A DNA stretch of 64,000 nucleotides from Salinivirgaceae bacterium. GTDB lineage: Bacteria; Bacteroidota; Bacteroidia; Bacteroidales; SZUA-534. Below the pieces are notes generated by a model. That model was given only the letters and a program-made list of their open reading frames with translations, ran no database searches and was not told the DNA's origin. A program made the position numbers and the translations under genes. Each line of letters begins with the position of its first letter. Position 1 is the first letter of the stretch. The DNA is taken from NCBI GenBank assembly GCA_017551905.1, contig JAFZKK010000146.1:7343-71342 (forward strand), written 5' to 3'. Shown piece after piece: positions 18,136 through 25,987 of the stretch.

Positions 18136-19041
18136 TTATATCGAATTAAGTTTGTCGAAAAGGCCGATGAGCCGTTCCAAATCTTGGTCGTTGGTGAACG
18201 GAATCACAATTTTTCCGTTGCCTTTGTCGGTGCGGCTGAATTTGACTTTCGACTTGAAGAAACCTTTCAGCTTGTCTTCCAATTCTTTGTAGGTTTCGTT
18301 TTCGGTCTTTTTCTTTTTGCTTTTCGGTTTGCCTGAGCCTTCCTTCATCTCGCGGGCAATGTCTTCGGTGGCTCTAACTGATAGTCCTTCGTTCAGTATG
18401 CGCTCGAAAAGGAATGTCTGGTCGTTCACATCGTCAACTGAGAGCAGCGCCTTGGCGTGTCCCATTGACAGCAGTCGGCGCTTCAGGCCAAGTTTTATCT
18501 CGTCGGGCAGTTTTTGCAGGCGCAGAAAGTTGGTCACCGTTGAGCGTTGTTTGCCCACGCGGTTGCCCAGATTTTCTTGCGTATAGCCGCATTCTTCAAT
18601 CATCCGTTGGTAGCTGTTCGAAATCTCGATTGGGTCGAGGTCTTCACGTTGGATGTTCTCAACCAAAGCAAGTTCGAGCATGTCCTGGTCGTTGGCGGTG
18701 CGGATGTATGCCGGAATAGCTTTGAGTCCGGCCATACGCGATGCGCGGCAACGGCGCTCGCCCGATATTATCTGGTAACGGCCATTGTCCATTTTGCGCA
18801 GTGTGACTGGCGTTATTATGCCCAATTGCTTGATTGATTCGGCTAATCCGTTGAGTTCTTCTTCGTCAAATTCGGTTCGCGGCTGGAACGGGTTCACGTC
18901 AATCAAGTCGAGTTGAATCTCGTTAATTGCCGGATTGGCGGGAGTGTTGCCTCCTTTAAGCAGGGCGCTCAGTCCCTCGCCTTTTGTTACGCCTATATTG
19001 CTAAGGTTGCGGCCTAAAGCCGGTTTCTTTGGTGTTGCCAT
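18136..19041 (-). CDS. parB: chromosome partitioning protein ParB/Spo0J
   Basis: ParB box GERRCRASRMAG, an HTH region, and a Lys-rich linker. The ATG overlaps the parA stop (TAATG). Confidence 0.93.
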   Translation of the reverse strand: MATPKKPALGRNLSNIGVTKGEGLSALLKGGNTPANPAINEIQLDLIDVNPFQPRTEFDEEELNGLAESIKQLGIITPVTLRKMDNGRYQIISGERRCRASRMAGLKAIPAYIRTANDQDMLELALVENIQREDLDPIEISNSYQRMIEECGYTQENLGNRVGKQRSTVTNFLRLQKLPDEIKLGLKRRLLSMGHAKALLSVDDVNDQTFLFERILNEGLSVRATEDIAREMKEGSGKPKSKKKKTENETYKELEDKLKGFFKSKVKFSRTDKGNGKIVIPFTNDQDLERLIGLFDKLNSI

Positions 19042-19886
19042 TATTCAATAATTTTGTCTTCAGAATCAATTTGTGTCATGTTGTTGCGTTGCAGAATCTC
19101 GCGCGCAAGGTTCAAGTAGTTGATTGCGCCAACCGATTGTGCGTCGTACAAGATGTTTGGCAGTCCCCAGCTCTGCGACTCGGTAATCTTCACGTTGCGG
19201 GCAATCATTGTCTCGAAAACCATATCCTCGAAATTGCGGCGCACCTCTTCAACCACCTGATTTGCAATCTTTAGGTTGCTCTGGTACATTGTGCACAGGA
19301 AGCCTTCAATCCGCAAACTGGTGTTCAATCCTTGCTGAATCAGGCGGATAGTGTTAAGCAGCTTGCCGATGCCTTCGAGAGCGAAATATTCGCACTGAAC
19401 CGGAATTATCACCGAGTCGGACGCAGTGAGCGAGTTCACCGTAATCAGTCCCAATGACGGCGAGCAGTCGATGATGATGAAATCGTATTTGTCGCGTAAC
19501 TTGTCGAGAGCGTATTTCATCACTTTCTCGCGGTCGGCTTTTTCAAGCAATTCAATTTCGGCACCTACCAGGTTGATGTTCGACGGCAGCAAATCCAAGT
19601 CCATAATGTCAGGGTCGATACCTTTGTCTTTTAAATATTCATTGTCTTTGAAGTTGGCATTCAGAATTATATTCTCCGGATTCACTTCGTCGACAAGGCT
19701 CTCATAAAGACCGACTTTGATGTTGTTCACGTCGAAACCGAAACCCGATGTGGCGTTGCCTTGCGGGTCGGCGTCAACCAGCAGGACTTTCTTTTCGAGC
19801 ACTGCCAAGCTTGCTGCCAGATTGATTGATGTTGTGGTCTTGCCTACGCCGCCTTTCTGATTCGCAACTGCAATAATCTTTGCCAT
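19041..19886 (-). CDS. parA: chromosome partitioning ATPase ParA/Soj
   Basis: Deviant Walker A NQKGGVGKTTT and IIIDCSPSLG. 281 aa, with an internal insert and a C-terminal tail relative to Soj proteins of about 253 aa. Confidence 0.93.
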   Translation of the reverse strand: MAKIIAVANQKGGVGKTTTSINLAASLAVLEKKVLLVDADPQGNATSGFGFDVNNIKVGLYESLVDEVNPENIILNANFKDNEYLKDKGIDPDIMDLDLLPSNINLVGAEIELLEKADREKVMKYALDKLRDKYDFIIIDCSPSLGLITVNSLTASDSVIIPVQCEYFALEGIGKLLNTIRLIQQGLNTSLRIEGFLCTMYQSNLKIANQVVEEVRRNFEDMVFETMIARNVKITESQSWGLPNILYDAQSVGAINYLNLAREILQRNNMTQIDSEDKIIE

Positions 19887-20035
19887 AGGTGATGTTTTTT
19901 TATGTTAGTATTTCTATACCGATTTAAAAATCAATATTTTATAATATATTTTTCTCCCACGTTTGAACCCGCAATTTACTTAAAATATCCATACCCGGCA
20001 GAGTAAAATATTAACAACCTCCGACATCTTGACAT

Positions 20036-21172
20036 CTACTCCACGTACCGGTCTTTTTTGCTGCCCTCGTACACGGTGTATTTGCGGAACGAGCATTTGA
20101 GCGCGCCGTTGTACAGATTTATTTTCTTTTCGGGATGAAGCCCGACAAAATTCATCACTTCAGCGTTACTGCCTATCATCCACACCTCAAAGCCGTTGAA
20201 ATCCAGCTTCAGTTTGTCGCCCACTTTCTGGTAGAACAGCTTCAGGTTGTCGAGGTAGAGCCGCTCGCCGTAGGGCGGGTTGGTTATAATGGTGCCCGAC
20301 GATGTTGTTGGGCGCAAATCGAAGAAGTTGGCAGTCTTGACGGTTATCTTTTTGCTCAGGAAAGCCGCGGCAATGTTGGCCTCAGCCACTTGCACAGCCT
20401 TTGCCGACACATCGCTGCCCGATATGGTGTATTTGAATTCAGGCACTTCGGGCTGATTGTCGGCAATGTCGGCAAACAGGTCTGCGTCAAAGTCGCGCCA
20501 ATTTTCGAAAGCGAACTTGCTGCGGAATGTGCCCGGAGCTATGCCGTAGGCTATCATGGCAGCCTCAATGAGCAGTGTGCCCGAGCCGCACATCGGGTCG
20601 ATAAAGTCAGATTTGGCGTTCCAGCCCGACATCAGAATCATGCCGGCGGCCAGCACCTCGTTCAGCGGCGCCCTGACGGTGCCCTGGCGGTAGCCGCGTT
20701 TGAAGAGCGACTCGCCCGAGCTGTTCAGAAGCACCGTAACGTGGGTTGTGGCTATGTGAATCTCGATGCGCAGGTCGGGGTTTTCGGTGTGCGAGTCGGG
20801 GCGTTTGCCGCAGCGACGGCGGAACTGGTCGGCAATGGCGTCTTTGGCTCTCTGCGCTGCGTACAGCGTGTTTGAGAATATCTTCGACTGTGCTGTCACT
20901 GTTATCGAAAACGACTCGTTGACAGTCAGATACTTGCTCCAGTCGATGTTGCCAATCTCTTTATAATATGTGTCCTCGTCTTTCGCCTTGAAATCGTAAA
21001 TGGGTTTCAGAATGCACAAGGCGGTGCGCACATAGTAGTTGGCTTTGTACATCACGGCTTGGTCGCCTTCAAATCCGATGGCGCGGACCAGGTGTTTGAT
21101 GTTTGTGGCGCCAATGGCGGTAAGCTCGTCGGCCAGCACATCCTCAAGTCCGGCAAAGGTCTTGGCTATCAT
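20036..21172 (-). CDS. THUMP-domain class I SAM-dependent RNA methyltransferase (COG0116, RlmL-N-like)
   Basis: Motif I DPMCGSGT and motif IV NPPYG. The ORF-track start at 21247 is TTG. ATG 21172 (MIAKTFAGLEDVLADEL) fits family N-termini; ATG 21226 is an alternative. Confidence 0.8.
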   Translation of the reverse strand: MIAKTFAGLEDVLADELTAIGATNIKHLVRAIGFEGDQAVMYKANYYVRTALCILKPIYDFKAKDEDTYYKEIGNIDWSKYLTVNESFSITVTAQSKIFSNTLYAAQRAKDAIADQFRRRCGKRPDSHTENPDLRIEIHIATTHVTVLLNSSGESLFKRGYRQGTVRAPLNEVLAAGMILMSGWNAKSDFIDPMCGSGTLLIEAAMIAYGIAPGTFRSKFAFENWRDFDADLFADIADNQPEVPEFKYTISGSDVSAKAVQVAEANIAAAFLSKKITVKTANFFDLRPTTSSGTIITNPPYGERLYLDNLKLFYQKVGDKLKLDFNGFEVWMIGSNAEVMNFVGLHPEKKINLYNGALKCSFRKYTVYEGSKKDRYVE

Positions 21173-21570
21173 CTGAAAATACCCGGGTTTGCGCTCCGGT
21201 TCCGAATAGTTTTTCCTGTCTCTCATATATATTAGATTGTATGGCAAAGCAACAAAAGCCCACGCATTTATGCAACTAAAATTTCAAACGCTCCGCGAAC
21301 GAAAATCCGCATTTTGGTCGGTTTTTGTGAGTGGTTTTGCAAGTCGAAAGTCGCAGAAAGCTGATAGTTGTTGGCAATTATATTGACGCATATCATATAA
21401 ATTTCGCATGTGTGCCATTTGTGCCCTTGTGTAAAAATTCAATGTTGGTAACGTTTGCGCGCCTTATATCTTTTTGATAAACAAAAATATGAAAACCGAT
21501 TAAAGAGCCCGGCGCATTTCTTATATATAAAATAGGGTGCTGAAGTCGGGATGTTTAAAAAGGTGCTGAG

Positions 21571-21578
21571 TACTTTTG
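21571..21578 (+). promoter_or_regulatory. -7 promoter box (TActTTTG) for YfiR-like/receptor module 1
   Basis: Exact TAnnTTTG match 45 nt upstream of ATG 21623. The second GGTGCTGA repeat abuts it. Confidence 0.5.
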
Positions 21579-21622
21579 CCGCGATAAAATGTATTTAAAC
21601 AACTATTAAAAAAACAAATGTT

Positions 21623-22126
21623 ATGCGAAGGATTTCGTTACTACTGTTGGGTTTGTTGCTCTGCATAGGGGCAAAGGCTCAAGACGAGAAGTTCAAGGCA
21701 CTTTTTATGTACAACTTCACAAAGTACATTGAGTATCCGGCTTCGAAACAGGCTGGTAACTTTGTGATTGCTGTTGTTGGCGATTCGCCGATTATCAGCG
21801 AGTTACAGACAATAGCCGAGAAGAAAACCGTTGGTCAGCAGAAAATCGAAGTGAAGAAGATTGCCGCTACCGACGATGTTACCAAGTACCACATTGTGTT
21901 TGTGCCCGAGAGCAAATCGGCCTCGGCTGCCGACATTGCCAGCAAAATTGTGGGCAAAGGCGTGGTGCTTATCACCGACAAACCCGGACTGGGCAAGACC
22001 ACATCGGGTATCAACTATGTGTCGAGCGGCGGAAAACAGTCGTTTGAGGTGAATCAGAACCGTTTGAAGGAACACGGTGTCAATGTGGCTTCCGCATTGG
22101 TTACACTGGGTAAAGCTGTTGAATAA
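21623..22126 (+). CDS. YfiR-like periplasmic protein (DUF4154 family), paralogue 1
   Basis: 167 aa. Signal peptide, then QDEKFKALFMYNFTKYIEYP, the hallmark YfiR/DUF4154 N-terminal block, and a later TSGINYV block. Confidence 0.7.
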   Translation: MRRISLLLLGLLLCIGAKAQDEKFKALFMYNFTKYIEYPASKQAGNFVIAVVGDSPIISELQTIAEKKTVGQQKIEVKKIAATDDVTKYHIVFVPESKSASAADIASKIVGKGVVLITDKPGLGKTTSGINYVSSGGKQSFEVNQNRLKEHGVNVASALVTLGKAVE

Positions 22127-22144
22127 TAAACTAATCTAATAAAC

Positions 22145-25100
22145 ATGAAAAAATATATCCTTGGCTTGCTGTTGCTGGTTTTTACAGGTTATACAACCTT
22201 TGCGCAGCAAGACGTTTCAAAAATGACAAAAGATGACATTATGCAGCTGTCGTACGACGACTTGCTTGCAATGCCTTTCGAAGACTTGCTCACCTTGGCC
22301 AACAAGCTCGGCGTTTCGACCGACGACTTGTTTGCAATGATTATGAACAAGACAGTGGCTTCGGCCTCTAAAAAAGATGAGGACTCGTTCAAATCGCCAC
22401 TGGCATCTACCGTTATCACTAAAGCTGAAATCCGCTCTTACGGCATCACCTCAATCGAGGAGGCTCTGCGCCTTGTGCCGGGCATGATTGTGCAGGAGAA
22501 GACCAACGGATTGTACGATGTGCACATCCGTGGCTTGAACAACATTCCTGACAACCAGATGATGATTTACACCGAGAACGCCAACACTTTGCTCATGATT
22601 GACGGCCGTATTGCCCACAACTACGCAACCGGCGATGTCAACTTCGAGATTCTGCCAATCGGTGTTGAGGATATTGAGCGTATCGAGGTTGTGCGTGGCG
22701 CCAATGCCGCCCTCTACGGACCTAACGCGCTGAACGGCGTTATCAACATCATCACCGAAAAAACCACCGAGAACTCGAAGGAGCTGCAAGGCAGCCTGAC
22801 AATGGGTACTCACGAAAACTATGTTGGTGATGTGGCTTATCGCAAAAACATCAACAAGAAGTTGAGCGTGGGCATTACCGCCAACTTGCAATACCGCCGC
22901 CGCAACACAAACCAACTCTATGTTTATCCGACACAAGGACTTTACTATGTATCCTCAATTGCTTATGACGAAAACGGCAACCCTGTTCCTAAACTTGTTG
23001 ACGCTTCGGCTGGTGGATACTACAAAAACACCGACATTGAGAACCTGAAGCAGGCTTTCACATTCGGTGCTATTGCCGGATATCTTCCTGATGAATTTAA
23101 GGCTGACATTCTTGCAATCCAAATGCAAAAGGCTCAAAACGACCCGGAAGGATTTAAAGAGACTTACCACACCGATGCTCCGTCAGCAGCAACTGTAGGG
23201 GCTTTCCTTACAGGTTTGGCTCAGAGCATGCCAGTCGGATTCTATGGTGCGATGGAGGACGAACTTGATATTGCCGATATGTTCGACGACCCGGGAATGT
23301 CGCGCAAGACTTACGGCTTCAACTCTTATTTGTCGTATCGTCCGGCCGATGACATCACTTTCGACCTCTCGTTAGGTTATCAGCAGTCGCGCGCCAACGT
23401 GAACCCGGTTGGTGAGCTGCCGTTTGCAATGTGCGAGCGCATATTCAAAACAGGCTATGTCAACTTGAACGGTAACATTAAAGATTTGAAACTCAATGTC
23501 AACTATATGGGTGGCCCTGAGGATTATATGATGGGCTCTCCCGGTTTCAAAATCTATGCACACAACTTTCAAGCCAGCGCCGAGTACGACCTCAAGCTGG
23601 GCGATATGCTGAATGTTGTGCCAGGTGTGGCTTATAACTATGTCAATTTCAAAGACTATATTCCTGATTTCAAGAATCCTGGCGACCTGACCGATTATTC
23701 ATGGGAATATCATGACCACGATTATGTATCGCCTAACGGTCGCCACCTGACAGGTTACTTCAACGGCCAAAAGGCTGAGTTGAAAGACCTTGCACCGAGC
23801 TTGCGCGCCGACTTCCATGTTGGTGGTTTCCGCGCCATTGCAGCCGCTCGTTTCGACAAGACTAACATCCCCGACAAGTGGAACCCGTCGTATCAGGTTG
23901 GTGCCAACTACTTGATTAACGACAACAACATTATCCGCGCATCGTTCAGCACAGCCATGCGTTCGGCATGCTTTGTTAACTCTAATACCCGTTACACTTG
24001 GCACCGCGACGGTATGATGCCGCCCGACACAATCTATTTCAATGCTGACGAGAACGCTCCATTGGCAAAAATCAGCAATGTTGAGCTGGGCTACCGTTGG
24101 CGTCCGACCGACAAGATTCTTGTCGATGCTGAGGCTTTCTATTCTGTAAGTGAGGACTTTGGTGCGCTCAAGGCAGACAAGTCATCGGTTATCATGCCAG
24201 AAAAGAAATTGTACGCTTTCATGACAAACACCGATAACCTGAAAGGTTTGAGGTCACTCTCCGACGGCGATTTGAACTTGGATGTGCTTACAGAATTCAT
24301 GAATAACACAAGCGTTGTTACAACCATTAAATATGATGAGTTGCCGTATAAGGTTAAGCAAATGGGCTTTGGCGTGAACATCGACTGGATTATTTCGCCG
24401 AAACTTATTGCCAAAGTGAACGCCAACGTTCAGCAGACCAAAATCGACAACTACTATGCTTATAACCAGAATGCTGAGGTTCTTGGACAGCTTGGTCAGA
24501 TTTTCAATATGATTACCAAAGTTCCGAGCATGGCAGGCGATATTCAGCAAACTGCCATCAACAACCTTATGGCTGATGGAAAATTCACTGAGGAGCAGTT
24601 GATTGCGGTTCTGACAAATCCTGACTTCGAATCAGAAGATTTTGAAACATATTTCGGTTATTATAAGGAGGCTTTAGGCAACTCAATGAGCCGTCTGAGC
24701 GACGAAGACCAACAAAGAGTAAAACAACTTGCAGCCGAATATGAGGCAGGAGGCAAAGACGAAGCATTCCTCAACAATCTGTACAACAGCACCAACAATA
24801 CCGAGTATGCCGCATATTACGCTCTGAAATATGGTGTTTACAACGATGATGGCACTTTCATCTTCGGCAACTCGCAGAAGTATGAACCAGAAACGAAGAA
24901 TGGTGTAACACACAAGGCAACACCTTCGGTTTATGGTATGGTTGGCCTTATCTACAAGCCGACACCGAAAATTGACATCGCTGTTTACGGCAACTACATT
25001 GGCAAACGTACCTACGCAACCAAATACAGCACCGAGGATTTGGACGACCGCTTCACTGTCAGCATGAAACTTGGCTACAAGCCGGCTGACGGTATCGAAG

Positions 25101-25204
25101 TTTACCTGAACGGACACAACATGTTCAACAACGAGCAGCGTGAGTTCCCCTACGGCGACAAGATTGGCGGAATCTACTCAGTAGGCGTTAGCTTCGGATT
25201 TTAA
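22145..25204 (+). CDS. TonB-dependent-receptor-like outer-membrane protein, paralogue 1
   Basis: 1019 aa. Signal peptide and plug (SIEEALRLVPGMIVQEK...HIRGLNN...IERIEVVRGANAALYG). The beta-barrel C-terminus ends ...GIYSVGVSFGF (terminal Phe). Confidence 0.85.
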   Translation: MKKYILGLLLLVFTGYTTFAQQDVSKMTKDDIMQLSYDDLLAMPFEDLLTLANKLGVSTDDLFAMIMNKTVASASKKDEDSFKSPLASTVITKAEIRSYGITSIEEALRLVPGMIVQEKTNGLYDVHIRGLNNIPDNQMMIYTENANTLLMIDGRIAHNYATGDVNFEILPIGVEDIERIEVVRGANAALYGPNALNGVINIITEKTTENSKELQGSLTMGTHENYVGDVAYRKNINKKLSVGITANLQYRRRNTNQLYVYPTQGLYYVSSIAYDENGNPVPKLVDASAGGYYKNTDIENLKQAFTFGAIAGYLPDEFKADILAIQMQKAQNDPEGFKETYHTDAPSAATVGAFLTGLAQSMPVGFYGAMEDELDIADMFDDPGMSRKTYGFNSYLSYRPADDITFDLSLGYQQSRANVNPVGELPFAMCERIFKTGYVNLNGNIKDLKLNVNYMGGPEDYMMGSPGFKIYAHNFQASAEYDLKLGDMLNVVPGVAYNYVNFKDYIPDFKNPGDLTDYSWEYHDHDYVSPNGRHLTGYFNGQKAELKDLAPSLRADFHVGGFRAIAAARFDKTNIPDKWNPSYQVGANYLINDNNIIRASFSTAMRSACFVNSNTRYTWHRDGMMPPDTIYFNADENAPLAKISNVELGYRWRPTDKILVDAEAFYSVSEDFGALKADKSSVIMPEKKLYAFMTNTDNLKGLRSLSDGDLNLDVLTEFMNNTSVVTTIKYDELPYKVKQMGFGVNIDWIISPKLIAKVNANVQQTKIDNYYAYNQNAEVLGQLGQIFNMITKVPSMAGDIQQTAINNLMADGKFTEEQLIAVLTNPDFESEDFETYFGYYKEALGNSMSRLSDEDQQRVKQLAAEYEAGGKDEAFLNNLYNSTNNTEYAAYYALKYGVYNDDGTFIFGNSQKYEPETKNGVTHKATPSVYGMVGLIYKPTPKIDIAVYGNYIGKRTYATKYSTEDLDDRFTVSMKLGYKPADGIEVYLNGHNMFNNEQREFPYGDKIGGIYSVGVSFGF

Positions 25205-25225
25205 GTAGTTTAAATACAAAGGGAA

Positions 25226-25257
25226 AAGGCATTGGCTTCGGCTGGTGCCTTTTTTTT
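25226..25257 (+). terminator. rho-independent terminator of module 1
   Basis: aaggcattggc-TTCG-gctggtgcctt (11-bp stem with G-U pairs, UUCG tetraloop) followed by T7. Confidence 0.75.
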
Positions 25258-25461
25258 GTGCCTTCACGAGGTAAAGAACCAGTTTCGGTTTAACATGCCG
25301 TTATGGTGCGGAAAACAGAGTGTTTGAACAACCCATTAAAAAAATAGGGAAATAATAAACTGATATACAATTTTTTGTAATAAAAGTAAAAAGTACCTAT
25401 TGCACGATACATTTTTTTTCCTTTTATTTGTCATGATTTTAATGCCCTTAAAATTGTTTTT

Positions 25462-25968
25462 ATGAAAAAAGTATTCTTTAGTATTATGTGCATGTTGCTG
25501 ATAGGTACAGCATCGGCGCAAGACGACAAGTTCAAGGCTTTGTTCGTCTACAACTTTACCAAGTACATTGAGTGGCCAAAAAACAAACAGACTGGTGATT
25601 TCGTAATTGGTGTGTTGGGTCATTCTTCAATCATCAGCGAGCTGAAGGCGTTCACTGAGCGCAAAACCGTAGGTTCGCAAAAAATCGTTGTCGAGGAGAT
25701 TCTTTCTTCTGAAGACTACACAAAGTACCACATTGTGTATGTGCCGACAAAGTTATCGGGACAAGCTGAGGACATTGCCGCTAAGACGAAAGGCAAAGGT
25801 GTTCTTCTTGTTACCGACAAACCTGGTATGGCATCCACAACATCGGGTATCAACTTTGTGAAAGTTGATAATCAGCAGAAGTTCGAAGTCAATACGACTA
25901 ATCTTGAGACTGAAGGAGTGAAACACTCGCACACGCTCGTTTTGCTCGGAATTGCAGTAAATAATTAA
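25462..25968 (+). CDS. YfiR-like periplasmic protein (DUF4154 family), paralogue 2
   Basis: 168 aa. Signal peptide, then QDDKFKALFVYNFTKYIEWP. Colinear with paralogue 1 and about half identical by eye. Confidence 0.7.
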   Translation: MKKVFFSIMCMLLIGTASAQDDKFKALFVYNFTKYIEWPKNKQTGDFVIGVLGHSSIISELKAFTERKTVGSQKIVVEEILSSEDYTKYHIVYVPTKLSGQAEDIAAKTKGKGVLLVTDKPGMASTTSGINFVKVDNQQKFEVNTTNLETEGVKHSHTLVLLGIAVNN

Positions 25969-25987
25969 CTCTTAAATCAGGATAACC

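Noticed and set aside
20135-20875. 246-aa plus-strand ORF antisense to the THUMP methyltransferase
   Set aside because: Mirror ORF. The minus strand carries the SAM-binding DPMCGSGT and NPPYG motifs.
25336-25623. 95-aa minus-strand ORF overlapping the start of YfiR-like paralogue 2
   Set aside because: It spans an AT-rich promoter region and the 5' end of a well-supported gene, and has no motifs.
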